Shown in pieces: positions 12,078 to 25,701 of a stretch of 64,000 nucleotides of DNA. Where the stretch lies: contig NC_042998.1 of the NCBI RefSeq assembly GCF_006345805.1, positions 159,650,001 to 159,714,000 of the forward strand, given 5' to 3'. The notes under the pieces were generated by a model. That model was given only the letters and a program-made list of their open reading frames with translations, had not been told where the DNA came from and did no database searches. How positions within the stretch are numbered: the first letter of the stretch is position 1; each line of letters begins with the position of its first letter. The stretch is from Octopus sinensis. Taxonomy: Eukaryota. A program made the position numbers and the translations under genes.

Positions 12078-14439
12078 GTGTCAAATGTTAAGTGTTGTAG
12101 TTTAGCTTGAAGGCATGAGTTCAATCCCAGGACTAGTGAAATAATGTATTCTCTGGTTCAGAAGCAAATGATATCACACTAAAAGGAAGAATATGAGAAA
12201 AATTTCCCCTCATGGAAATTAGGTTTGAAATTACAAGAATGTTATCAAATACAGCAGGCACTTGAAAAAGATTGGATTGTATACAATGGCTGAAAAGTTG
12301 TAATTATAACAATGAAGATGAGAACATTAGTCCAAATATATCAATATAATGATGATTGTGATAACAATGATAAAAAGGTAATCCTTCAAAGATTAATCTG
12401 CCTCAAACCGACATTCATTCTTTCATACAAAACTGCCTCTTTTAAGGCTTTCATATTTAAATTAGAAAATCTCCATTATAATTTTATGCAAGAAACTTTT
12501 ATGTTCTGACACAAGTTCAGTAAAGAGATAATCACTTCTAATTTGTTATTAATTTCAATATTAATTAAAATCCATAAGCAGTGTATTTCCTTGGAAATAT
12601 ATGTTCATGAAAGATTTCCAAATATCACTCTGATACAAAATATACATGCTATGAACACATTTCAGGCATATGAAGCAGAATTTTCCCTGGTTAGCAGATC
12701 ACAGAAAAAGTGTGTGTGTGTGTGTATGTCCATATCTTGATATGATATTAAGTTGTAAATGAGTGTCACCGTCATACAAGTGCTGTCATCCATTTCTAAT
12801 CTTCAGTGAAAACATGCTCAAACATGAGGAAATATTACTTTGCTTGGGAACACGTAAGGGCTGACGAGAAGAAGGGCAGCTGGCTAAATAAAATCACACT
12901 TCTGTCTGATTTATGCAAGCATGGAAAAGTGTACAATGATCACAGAGATGATGGGGAGGGAGGAAGAGGAGGAGAAGGAGGGGAGCAGGAGCAGGAGGGG
13001 AAGGGAGAGGAGGAGCAGGGTGTGGAGTAAGAGGGGAAGGGAGACGAGGATGGGGAAGGGGAGTAAGAGGAGGAGAAGGGGAGAAAGAAGAAGAAGAAGA
13101 AGAAGAAGAAGAAGAGGATGGTGCTGTATGATTGTATGTATGTAGGTATGATATTGGGAGCACTTTCAAACTAAGTTTTCTTTTACTTTCTGGAGACTGA
13201 TGTCAATTATGTTCCTCTGGAACCTTTTGCCAGAAGGATATGAAGACGGAAGGGATTCCAGTGTACTGATATTCAAGGAAAGGACTGGACATAGTGTGGT
13301 GACCCTAGCCACCCATCATAGGGTTGTTATGTCCACCCCTGGAGTGTGGGTAATAAAACAAAGCTAATGAGACAAGGAGAGATGAGTAATATGAGAATGC
13401 CTAAGTGGAGGTCACGTGAGTTCAGTCAGCTCTAAAGAGCAGAAGCATTATAGTAGTAACAGGAGAGGAGCTGCTCAGCTGTGGGCCAGAGGCTGGAGTT
13501 GTTTATGAGTGACTTTATGCCAATGAATCAAGTTAGGCATTTTCTGAATGCAGTTTTGGATATCCGTATATGCAGCAGCAATGACACTGTCAACATACTC
13601 TTCTCATTTTTGTGAAATTCTAAATAGAACTGTCATGTCAACTATTGTTTCTCTATTTTTGATGTTACTGGATTCTGTGTGTGTGTGTGTGCATGCATGT
13701 GGTGGGGGAGAAAGAGAGACAGTGAGAGAAAACAAAACAAAACAAAACAGTTCATTATGGAGTTTTTAAAAACTTTATTTGCATTTACTTAATTATTTTC
13801 TCAATTTCATGATTTTCAAAAGTAGCATGAAATGAATGGAGCTGAAGCTAAGCTGTATTTGCCATCAATGTGAGCAGTGTTAAAAAAATTTTCTCCTCTT
13901 GGTGATGAGATTGTGGCTGAAATCGCCATCAGTTGAGGTACAGTTTAGTCACAAACTGGTCACAAGGTCATAGAGTCATGTGACAATATGACTGACAGCT
14001 ACACTAAACTTAAAGCTGTGTTTGTCTAATGAATGCATCATGTGACAGCGTGAATGACAGCTATACATTATTCCTATGTTTCAGGTCACGGGCAATAATT
14101 ACACCAAAAGTCAAAACTGCATTAAATCAGTGAATGTGTCATATGACAGTGTGAACAACAGGTGGTTAGATTAAAGATCCAGCTTTATTGCTTGTATGCA
14201 AATGATAGTTAAATTGTGCATAAGATTGTCTACATGTTTGTGTGTGAGAATGTGAACTACAATAGTGTAATGTCACTGTTCAATATTTTGTTACATTTTT
14301 TTAAACACTATTTTCTTTTTTTCTTCATATTATAGGTGCAGATGTGACTGTGAAGTAAGAAGTTTGCTTCGCAACCACATAGTTCTGGTTTCAATCCCAC
14401 TGTATGGCACTTAGGCAAATGTCTTCTACTACAGTAGGC

Positions 14440-15589
14440 AGGAAAACAGACAAATTACTAATCCTTTCAGGGAAATATCCTTGCTTGATATGTAGAAAAG
14501 GTGTAAGTAGAAACTCCATACAGTGTACCCAGGACAAGCTATGAACACTTAAGGGGTGCAGTAGAATCTTGAGAAGGTTAAGAGGGAAAGTAGTCTTCGT
14601 GTGTGTGGCAGATGTGCAGGGACAATCTACACTGAGAACATTTCCTCAAATGCCTAGGGTGATCCTTAGAGGTAATAGATAGTTTCCATCACTAAGTGAC
14701 CAAATTAACAGTGGAGGAGGATGCTCTAGAAGTGTATTTACTAGAATAAGAACCAACTGAGCAAAGTTGTTGGTAACAAAGGGACTCTCCCTCAGAATAA
14801 AAAGAAGATTGTATGATGTTTGTGTAAGAACAGTTACGTTACATGGTAGCAAAAAACGAAGGTTGTGAATGATAAGGACATGCAAAGGCTTGAAAGAAAT
14901 GAAGCCAGAACACTCCACTGGATATGCAATGTTGGTGTGCATGTTCAACAAAGTATAGTCTTCAGAAGAAAATTGGGTATAAGGAACATTAGATGTAGTG
15001 TGAAAGAGAGAAGACTGCACTGGTTTGGTCACATAGATGAAGACAGTTGCATAAAGAAGGTGGCAGGAACCTGTGGAAGATGAAGACCTAGGAAGACATG
15101 GGATAAAGTGGTGAAAATTGATCTTCAGGTGTTGAGCTTTACAGAGAAGATGACAGAGGATCAAGATGACTGGTGATTTGTTGTACTTGAGAAAACCTGT
15201 CCATTGAAGTAAAATCAAGGCCATAAAAGCAGGCTTATGCCCATGCTTCTGATAAACCTCTTCCCCACAACCCAAACACTTCCCCCTTCCCTCCACCCAT
15301 GTTCACCGCTCACTGTGTTCCCCTCCCTTCTATTTCTCACTCTCCCTTCTTACCATCACAAACCTACCTACAAACTATGTGTCCCTGTCAAATCTTTTCC
15401 CCACAACATATTCTCTTAATACCCACTCCCTTTACTTATATCCACTCACTACAGTCCCTTCCCTCCATCTGCCACTCTCTTTTCTGTCTCATGAACTTAC
15501 CCACCAACTCACCTTACCCAATCCTTGATTCCACATCACTTATACACACATCTTTGTAACTTCTGTGTACCCCATCACATCTTCACCAT

Positions 15590-15637
<48 letters not shown>

Positions 15638-16150
15638 TTCCTCTCTCTCTCTTTCTTCTCTCGTTTCCCTCTCTCTCCCTCTTCACTCTCTTCACTCTCT
15701 CTCTTTCATATATCATTCCCCTCTCTCTTTCCTCTCATTCCATTTTCTCCCCCTCTCTCTTTCTCTCTTTCTCCAATTGGTGTAGCCATGTATCTCCTCT
15801 ACTGCAAGACACCCATTTCTGCCCCTAAATTCATGCTGTAAGCTCCCATTACCTAGCACAACGCTACCTCTCTCATTACTACTCTCCAACCGTCAGTTGA
15901 AGAGGGTCATATCTTGCAAGTTACTTGGTGACCTCATTGCTGCTGGTGCCCTGTAAAAAAGCACTCAATACACTCTGTAAAGTGCTGGACATTAAGAAGG
16001 GCATCTAGCCATAGAAATCATGCTAAAACTGACAAAGCCAGCTTTGGTGCAGTCTTCTGATGCACCAACTCCTGTCAAACCATCCAACCCATGCCAGCAT
16101 AGAAGGAAGAGATTAAATGATGATGATGATGATGATGATGATGATAATGA
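14440..16150 (+). mobile_element. 5'-truncated RTE LINE (C-terminal ORF, CT-rich UTR, (GAT)n tail)
   Basis: 14780-15060 translates GLSLRIKRRLYDVCVRTVTLHGS and MQRLERNEARTLHWICNV...RRLHWFGH. The terminal motif is at 15950-16115. Confidence 0.8.
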
Positions 16151-16619
16151 TGATGGTGATGAAGATGAAGATGAAGACAATGACAATGGTGATGACAATG
16201 ATGATGATGATGAAAAACAGAAGAAAGAGAAGAGTCAAAGAAAAATAGAAACAATGGCTTAATCAATGCATGCTTCTTCATCCGCTAAAGTCAAGGCAGT
16301 CTTTTGAAGTTCAAATTCAAGGCATCTGGAAAGTATTCCATATTCTAAACTTATTCTTGGTATCAGCCTTTTCTCTTTTCTTTTTTGTTGTTGTTTTTTT
16401 TAGTGTATATGTGTATACATATGGTGAATTTTAATGTTACCCATGACTTTTGCAATATATACAAATTACCTTGTTGACTATTGTTACGTTTTAATTTTTC
16501 ATAAAAGTATTATGTTGAAATAGTGTTGTTCCATTTTTTTTGGTATTCATAGAAGTGATTAAAGTGAATGGAGAAATGAAAAAAATTCCCACATTATTTC
16601 TATTGTTTTTTAAATTCTC

Positions 16620-16850
16620 AGTCTTCCTTAGTCTCTCTTTCTTCCTTATTCCTCTTTTTCATATCCTCTGTCTTCCTTATTCTCTTTTTCTTCCTTCTTT
16701 CCTCCTTATTCTCTCTGTCTTCCTTATTCTCTCTTTCTTCCTTATTCTCTCTTTCTTCCTTATTCTCTCTTTCTTCCTTATTCTCTCTTTCCTCTTTATT
16801 CTCTGTTTCTTCCTTTTCTTCCCTATTCTCTCTGTCTTCCTTATTCTCGT
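16620..16850. repeat. 18-bp pyrimidine minisatellite (TTCTTCCTTATTCTCTCT)n
   Basis: Repeated ILSFFL hexapeptide in ORF 16540..16866; the units are visible directly. Confidence 0.85.
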
Positions 16851-17379
16851 TTTATGTTTAATTTAAAAAGAAGACAATAACTTGACTACATATTACTTAG
16901 ATAGAGATGCCTAGTTGTTAGACCATACTGATGTAGCACAATACAGCAAAAAGCATGTTTATGGCTACAGATATAGAGAAAAATACGAAATATTAAATAC
17001 ATTTAGATTTAATTGTATAAATATAATACTTTAAAACAATTTTTTGTCATTTCTTCACTTCACATGCTTCCACAAAAAGACAAATGGAATTACGCAATTA
17101 ATCAATATTTGTGTGTGTGTGCATGCGTGTAAGTATACACACATGCAGACACACACATACATACATACATACATACACACACATGTGTGTGTCTGTGTGT
17201 GTGTGTGCAAGATTGATTTATATTTTTCTTAATTCAATTTGAATGAAAAGTCTTTGTTTGATACCCTTTGATAGTGATCTACACTAAATATTGGCATTTT
17301 CTTAGCAATAAACTTTACTATTGAAATTAATCTAAACACTACTTAACAATATAAATGTAATGCAAAATATTGAAATTAG

Positions 17380-17426
<47 letters not shown>

Positions 17427-17559
17427 CCATAGGAGTGACTGTGTTGTAAAAAGCTTGCTTCCCAAGCACATGGTTCTAAGTTCATTCACATTGCATGGCA
17501 CTTTGAACAAGTGATCTTCTACCATAGCCCCTTCTGGGTGGATTATTATTATTATTATT

Positions 17560-18112
17560 GCGAGGGAAAGCAATGCATGCCATCAAAGTGACTCTGGAGT
17601 ACAAATATATGAAGCCTAATATACCCATCATGATTACTTGTCTGATAAGGGTACACCAAGCACATGCATCACAAACATATGTGTGAGACATGGTGATCTC
17701 ATATCAAGATAAACAGCGCATATTTCGTAAGTGGGACCCAATTAGAATTTTCTTCAAGTTGAGAAGCCCATCCTGCTCTAAAGGTCCCTAAATGAGGGTT
17801 GTTTAAGAATGATGAACGAAACATCCATGTAGTCAGAGGTGAATTATTCAAAACCCAAAGAATTCCTCTCAACATATGGCTATGATGCTCCCCAACTACT
17901 TCTGCTCATGATCAGAAATGCACATATTGTCAAGCCCCAAGAGACCAGTTCATCTGGTTAAGGTCATGCAACTGACAAGCAAATCTGTGGTACTGAGTAG
18001 AATATTTGCTGTAGCCCATCTTTTACACCTTGACAAAATATGTACATGATAACACTTCCAATCAGTTAAGATCAGAAGCCATGAGAGCCACTGCCTGGTA
18101 CTGCATCAGGGC

Positions 18113-18117
<5 letters not shown>
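17560..18117. mobile_element. About 560-bp unclassified interspersed element bounded by (TTA)n on both sides
   Basis: A non-AT-rich block with sharp boundaries between two TTA arrays and no coding signal. Its class cannot be determined here. Confidence 0.45.
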
Positions 18118-18163
<46 letters not shown>

Positions 18164-18167
<4 letters not shown>

Positions 18168-18528
18168 TCCACCTTAGCGAAGGTAGAGGTATTGTTTTCA
18201 GTCGTGTTTGTTTGTCTATGGACAAGATATCTCAAGAACAGCTGGATGGATTCAAATGAAACTTTCAGGGCTGTTTGGCCTCATGACTGGTATGAACTGA
18301 TTAGATTCTGGTATCGATCCAGTACAAGACAAGGATTCTGGATTATTTTTCCTGTTTTTTATTTTTTTACTTAATTTCTTGAGAGCAGTCAGGTTCATTT
18401 TTAATATTCTCATTTGTGAGAACAGTCAAGTTATTTCAGATATTCTCATTTTAAAAATCATCTCCAGCTAATCATTGAGAGGATGTTGGTGTTCGCTTGG
18501 CAGAGGTTTGCACTCTCTGAATGCTCTT
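18164..18528 (+). mobile_element. Non-autonomous DINE-1/HINE-like (Helentron- or Crypton-type) element
   Basis: 5' hairpin TACCTCCACCTT-AGCG-AAGGTAGAGGTA, then (GTTT)n, 3' subterminal inverted repeat CTTGGCAGAGGT, and 3' stem-loop GCACTCTCTGAATGC; T-rich flanks. Confidence 0.55.
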
Positions 18529-18684
18529 ATTATTATTATTGATTTTTGCCTTTCATACTTTTGAGATCGATAAAATAAGTACCAGCTGAGCACTGGGATT
18601 GATGTAACCAACTTACCCTTTCTCTGAACTTGCTAGCCTCGTGCCAAAATTTGAAACCATTATTATTATATTATTATTATTATT

Positions 18685-18898
18685 CTATGTTTGACTTTTG
18701 CTTTATATTTGTACAAGTTGGCTCCAAGTCTCACCCAGAGACCTCAAGAGACAACAGGTTGGAAGTTCATGTTGTTGTTATGCCTAGTGTGCCATATATT
18801 GGGGGGGGGGAGTTTTTGGTGTTGTACTAATGAATGTCTAAAAAAAATTTTTTTTAATAAAAAAATTTTTTAAAAAATAAAAATAAAATAAAAAAATA

Positions 18899-18970
<72 letters not shown>

Positions 18971-19136
18971 TATTATTATTCTATGTTTGACTTTTGCTTT
19001 ATATTTGTACAAGTTGGCTCCAAGTCTCACCCAGAGACCTCAAGAGACAACAGGTTGGAAGTTCATGTTGTTGTTATGCCTAGTGTGCCATATATTGGGG
19101 GGGGGGAGTTTTTGGTGTTGTACTAATGAATGTCTA
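18685..19136 (-). repeat. Two extra copies of the R4/Dong 3' terminus (period 296 bp) separated by (TTA)n
   Basis: CTATGTTTGACTTTTGCTTTATATTTGTACAAG... starts at 18685 and 18981 and again at 19319. Confidence 0.85.
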
Positions 19137-19195
19137 AAAAAAATTTTTTTTAATAAAAAAATTTTTTAAAAAATAAAAATAAAAATAAAAAAATA

Positions 19196-19266
<71 letters not shown>

Positions 19267-19285
19267 TATATTATTATTATTATTA

Positions 19286-19318
<33 letters not shown>

Positions 19319-20370
19319 CTATGTTTGACTTTTGCTTTATATTTGTACAAGTTGGCTCCAAGTCTCACCCAGAGACCTCAAGAGACAACAGGTTGGAAGT
19401 TCTGTGCCATATATTTGGGGGTTTTTTTTGTTTTGTTTTTTTTTTGGTGTTGTACTAGTGAATGTCTAATACATAAAAATAAATAAAAAATAATAAAATA
19501 AAAAAATAAAAAAAATTAAAAAATAAAAGTTTGTTTTAAACCTTGGGATTACATAGAGAGTATTTTGCGTAGGATATGAGCAGTTCCCATGAGCACTATC
19601 TTTTGAATTTCTGCCATTTTGGGGTTTCCTGGTATCTGAGTTAGGTAGCAATCAGTCCCTTTCGCTATCATTCCCAGGGCACCTATGACAACAGGTATTG
19701 TTTTAGTCTTCAGCTTCCACATTTTGCTGATTTCTATTTCAAGATCTTTATATTTGCTCAGTTTTTGGTAGGTCTTGACAGATACGTTTATATCGATTGG
19801 GACAGTCATATCAATGAGGAGGCATGTTCTTTGTCTGAAGTCTTTCAATATGATGTCTGGCCTATTTGCATCTATCTTCCTGTCGGTTTGAATGGTGAAG
19901 TTCCAGAGGAGTGAGATGTGGTCATTTTCAAGCACTGGAGGTGGATTGTGTTCCCACCAGTTTTTTTCATGGGGCAAATCCAGGTTTTTACAGATTACCC
20001 AGTGAATATATTGTGCAGCTCTATCATGCCTATTGAGGTACTCTGTAGGCGCTAGAAGACTGCATTTGGAGACAACATGGTCAATGGCTTCATTTTGTTG
20101 TCGGCATACACGACATGTTGGGCTACTGCCGTTCTTTAATATGTTGGCCTGGTAGTTTCTTGTTGGTAGGCATTGATCTTGAGCTGCTATGATAAACCCC
20201 TCTGTTTCAGATTTTAAGCCAGAGGCCATTAGCCATTGATGTGTCAGGGCTTTTTCGATATCTGCATTATTCGCTCTCTTTGGGTATTTGCCATAGAGAG
20301 GATTTTCTTGCCATTTATTATTCAGAATATCTAAGGATGCAGTTTTGGCACGGGTTTTCATGCGTCTAGC
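19319..20370 (-). mobile_element. 5'-truncated R4/Dong-clade non-LTR retrotransposon in a (TAA)n array
   Basis: Contains the REL-endonuclease ORF, and both ends abut (TAA)n. Confidence 0.85.
19549..20361 (-). pseudogene. C-terminal part of an R4/Dong ORF: CCHC zinc knuckle plus restriction-like endonuclease
   Basis: 270-aa open frame with CRVC-x8-H-x4-C, RHD, RPD, IDMTVP and KLSKYKDL motifs. The RT domain is missing. Confidence 0.85.
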
Positions 20371-20416
<46 letters not shown>

Positions 20417-20879
20417 CATCATCATTATTATTGTTGTTGTTGTTGTTGTTATTATTATTAAATTTTCAAAAGCAGTTTATAGAAAAATCGCTAGGATGTG
20501 AAGCGAAAAGCATACATTAAATATATATATATCAAGTAATGAGGAAAAAAAACATGTATTAAAGGAACTAATTCTAAATTAATTAAACATTCATAAATAA
20601 TTTATAGACACAATGAGTTTTCCTTTTTCCATATTTATTTATGAACTCATTAAATGTCATATTAAATTTTAGAAATAGATTTATCAAAATTTAACAAATT
20701 TCCTATTCTGTATCACTCACAAGTTATTTTTTTTCTTTTCCAGGTAATTTAGTATACTTTTTATAAGTTATAATATTTTGCTGGAATAATATATTTGCCG
20801 TGCAGTTAACTATTCACTCTATAAGTTGTCAAAGTGTTACCTACCTGCCACACTCAAAAAAAGGAAAAATCAACAATTA

Positions 20880-21350
20880 ATTACATGGTTCTGGGTTCAG
20901 TCCCACTGCATGGCATATTGGACAAGGGGCTTCTACTATAGCCCCAAGCTGACCAAAGCCTTGCAAGTGGATTTAATAGGCAAAATCTAAAAGAAGCTCA
21001 TTGTATATATCTATGTGCATGTGTATGTGTATGTGCATGTGTGTATGTTTGTATGTGTGTGTGCATGTGTATGCACATGTATGCACATGTATGTGTGTGC
21101 GCGTGTGTGTGCACATGCATGCACATGTATGTGTGTGTGTGTGCACGTGCATGTATGCATGTGTGTGTTTATCCCCCACCACCAATATTGGTTTGTTTAT
21201 GTCCCCATAACTTAACAGTTCAGCAAAAGAGACCAATAAACTAAATACCAGAGAAAATAAAGAAAATAAGTCCTGAGGTTAATTTTATTTGACTAAACCC
21301 TTCAAGGCCATAGTCCAATGGCCATAGTCCAGTTCCTTAAACATGTAAAA
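20880..21350 (+). mobile_element. SINE family A with expanded internal (TG/CA) microsatellite
   Basis: GGTTCTGGGTTCAGTCCCACTG head and CAGCAAAAGAGACCAAT body. Confidence 0.75.
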
Positions 21351-21790
21351 GATAGTTAATGAAATATAATATTACACCCAGAACTTAATTTTGTAATCTT
21401 TTATTTGTTTCAGTCATAAGACTGTAGCCATGCTGGGGCAGTGCCTTGAGGAATTTTAGTTGAATGAATTGATTCTAGTTCTTATCTTCTCTTTGAGCCT
21501 GTTACTTAATCTATCAGTTTCTATTGCCAAATCGCTAACTTACTGGAATGTAAACATGCCAGCAGCAGTTGTCAAGTAGGGTGGGGGACAAACACATGCT
21601 TGCACACACACACACACACACCATGATCATCATCATCCTTTAATGTCTGTTTTCTGTGCTGGCATGGGTTGAACGGTTTGACCAGAGCTAGCAAGCAGAA
21701 AAGCTGCACCAAGTTCCGGGATGATTTGGCTTGGTTTCTACAGCTGGAGCCCTTCCTAATCCCAACCAGTTTACAGTGTGTGCTGTGCTA

Positions 21791-21832
<42 letters not shown>

Positions 21833-22818
21833 TATATATACATGTATGTATGTGTGTGTGTGTGTATACAACAGGCTTATTTCAGTTTCTGTCTACCAAA
21901 TCCACCTACAAGGTCTCACTCAATGCAAGGCTATAGTAGAAGACACTTGCCCAAGGTTCCATGCAGTGAGATTGAACTCAGAACCAAGTGGTAGGGAAGC
22001 TAACTTCTTACCACGCAGCCATGCCGGCACTTGTCCACAATTTCTTTTTTTTATACTTTTGCAAGTTATGGATGAAAAGAAGAGCATATCATCAGATAAT
22101 TTTGATCAAACTTATGTCACAAGATGATTAACTCCAAATTTCTACTGATGTATACGCAATATGGTTGATGGAGTGATAGTATGAATCAAAGTTGAATGAG
22201 ATTCAGCCAGGCTGAAGTCATGAGCTTTCAGATGTCAAATCTCACATGCCCTCTCATAGTTTATAAGTGTATATAACCCAAAATTATTTCAGAGTAAAGT
22301 TAAATAATATTATTTTATCAAATCTATTTATATATTCTCTGGTGTGTGACATAATTAATAATTGAGGTATGTATTTGGATTGTTTAAAGGTTATGGATAT
22401 TAACTTTGTAGGAGCAGTTCCCAGGAGATAATAGAAAGCAACAGATGATGGATCAAGTCGAACATTATTTCGTTACATTAAAAGGAATACTTAAATAGTT
22501 ATTAACTTGAAGGATTAATGCATTTTACTCTGAGTACTTAAACAGGTGATTTTAAGGGTAAAATCAAGAGGAAGAATGTCAATATGCAATTAATATTTTA
22601 TTACAATTAATAATTCATACTTTTGTTGCTGTTGTTGCTGCTGTTATCTTTATTTATTTATTAGGTATTATTCATGGAATCATATAAATCACATTAATGT
22701 GGCAAAAGCTAGACTGATAGATACATTCTTGTCATGCTATCTCTCATCAAGTATTTTCTCATCCAAAACACACACACACATACTTGGTGGACACATACAC
22801 TTACTCAGTCTCTCTCTT

Positions 22819-22853
<35 letters not shown>

Positions 22854-23479
22854 ACACACAATCAATATTCGTTACTTTGAAAGTAATGTATAAATTACAG
22901 AAAGCTATGTTTTCTCATTGATGCCCATTAATATCGATCTTACAACCAGATTGTCACTGCATTGTAATTGTTTTCATAAGACTAGTATGACCAATATAAC
23001 TAAAAACATTAAACAAAACTGCTTCTCTACTATAATCACATACCCTAATCAGCCAAACAGAGAGTGTCTTCACCTGGTCACTCAAGCTGCTAAAAGTACC
23101 AACCAAGTCTCTTTCAAATCAAACTTTACATTCTTGAAAAAGGAGGCCATATTAAATAACACAGTCCTCGAAATAATGGTTTTGAAAAACAAAGATGAGA
23201 TGATCATAGCAAGAATACATTTAATTAACAAAATCATTGATTCAATACATTGGATTAACTATCTGATTGATTAGATTGACCTGAGGGCACTTGGCAACAA
23301 TGATCATACATTCTTAGTGTGCTGAAATAATAAGAAAAATAACTAACAGACCCCCAACAAAAGTGCTACCCATAATACATTAGCAGTTCTTTACGATATG
23401 TCTTCACCTTCTCTCCCTCCCTTACAAAGACTTAGGCCAGAAGTGTTTTGATAGAATTTTCTAACCTATCTTTCTGTAA

Positions 23480-24315
23480 CCTTTTATCTTTTGTTTGTTT
23501 CAGTCATTAGACTGCAGTCATGCTGGAGCTCCACCTTGGAGAATTTTAGTCAGATGAATCGACCCCAGTACGTTTTTTTAAGGCTCATACTTATTGTATC
23601 CATTACTTTTGCCAAACCACCAAGTTATGAGGACGTAAACACACCAGCACCGGTTGTCAATTAGTGGTGGGGGACAAACATAGACAACACAAACACACAT
23701 GTGCACACACACACACATACATACGTGTATGTGTATGTATATATATATATATATATACTCTTACTCTTTTACTCTTTTACTTGTTTCAGTCATTTGACTG
23801 CGGCCATGCTGGAGCACCGCCTTTTAGTTGAGCAAATCGACCCCGGGACTTATTCTTTGTAAGCCCATTACTTATTCTATCGGTCTATTTTGCCGAACCG
23901 CTAAGTGTCGGGGACATAAACACACCAGCATCGGTTGTCAAGCAATGCTAGGGGGACAAACACAGACACACAAACACATACACACACATATATATATACA
24001 TATATACGACAGGCTTCTTTCAGTTTCCAACTACCAAATCCACTCACAAGGCATTGGTCGGCCCGGGGCTATAGCAGAAGACACTCGCCCAAGATGCCAC
24101 ACAGTGGGACTGAACCCTGAACCATGTGGTTGGTTAGCAAGCTACTTACCACACAACATACATGATAGGTTTCTTTCAGTTTCTGTCTACCGAATCCACT
24201 CGCATAGCTTTGGTCAGCCTGAAGCTCTAGAAGTAGACACTTGCCCAAGATGCCATGCAGTGGGACTGAACCCAGAACAATATGGTTGAGAAGCAAGCTT
24301 CTTACCACACAGCCT
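23480..24315 (-). mobile_element. Nested SINE A within SINE A
   Basis: Outer head at 24160-24315, inner copy at 23760-24150, outer 3' half at 23480-23700. Confidence 0.75.
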
Positions 24316-25701
24316 CTTTTATTTTTCAGAAAATGGAAAATTTTCTAAATTTCAACTAGAAAACCATCTCAGAAGATGTAGCAAAGGATAATATATCTTA
24401 GACTGCAGTTTTTCCATCAGTTTTCCTAATCAACTAATCTCAATAACTGAGGTTAAAACAACAACTTACATAAAACTTGTATGTCAAATTAAAACTGCAT
24501 AAACAAAATTAGCTGGAATTAAGGGAATAAAAAAAGAAAAAGAAAGGAATAAGAGAAGGAAGTTAGAGGAAGAAATGGAAACCTATAAATATCTATAATT
24601 ACCTTGAGATTTAACAACAATTTATGGTAGATTTAAGTCTTAATCAAATGGAAAAAATATATATACCATAACAAAACTAACAATAAGTCAAACAAGTTTT
24701 TATTCTAAGATTTATGCTTGTAATATCGCTTAGCTTACAGTATAGGTCAAATTTATTTCTTAAGTGAGAATTGCAGCTAGCTTAGCAGATATATTGTTTC
24801 ACTAACTAATATGGCTGCTCAATAGATTTTTTACATTTTATTGTCTAACTCTCTCTTCTTGTAAACAGGTGGAATAGTTAATGTAAAACTCATTTGTAAA
24901 TATAATGGTATTTGTAAACACAGGTTCGAGCATGAGTGGCTTTGTGATTATGAACTTACTTCTTGATCATGTACTCTTTGGTTCAGCCTCTCTACATGGC
25001 ACCTTGGGCAAGTTTCTTCTACTATAGCCCCAGACTGACCAAAGCTTTGAGAGTGAAGGTGGTAGAGAGAAACTAAAAAATGTTTGTGTGCCATTGTATA
25101 GCTCCATTTTGTAGGTGCATGGTAAGCCTTTGTGAGAGTGTACTGGTCACTCCAATGTAATAGCCAGAGTTCTGAAGCTCTACACTCAATCACATATCAA
25201 AAGAAATTAACAAGTGGTTACTGACTTACAAAAATTTTTTAAACCTAACAGTTAAAATTTAACCACAGTGAACAGATTAACACAACAGCTGATGCATGAA
25301 GCTAATAGTAAAAAAAAAACCCTTTGGTGGCCAAGTCTACACAAATTAAACCAGTTCTTGATAATGAGACTGTGAATGTCTAAAAACATCAAATATGAAT
25401 TTAGGAACTCTATTGTACCAAACCAACTGTAAAAAACAAAAAAAAAACAAATAAGAAAACATGAAAAATGTAAAATAAAAATGATAAAGTTGAACGTAGT
25501 CATGTATTTAAAGAAACATGCATAGAAAAAAAGCTGTTCCCCCAGGCAGGCAGACAAACAACACACAGACAGATAGACATATAAATCGACAGACAGACAG
25601 ATAGATAGATAGATTAGTGTTTATTTTTATGTTCAGTTATAATAAAAATAATTTTACATTAATCTGATGGATTAGTCTATACTTTTGAAGAGAACAAATT
25701 T

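Noticed and set aside
14646-15296. 216-aa minus-strand ORF
   Set aside because: It is antisense to the RTE LINE coding remnant.
16262-16335. Minus-strand exon-like CLEFELQKTALTLADEEA after TACTTTCCAG
   Set aside because: There is no canonical donor before the stop, and the phase does not link to the other candidates.
25400-25426. WYNRVPK resembling the heparan sulfate 2-O-sulfotransferase PAPS loop
   Set aside because: The following residues (FIFDVF) do not match the expected TAST/CGS continuation, and no other exons of such a gene were found.
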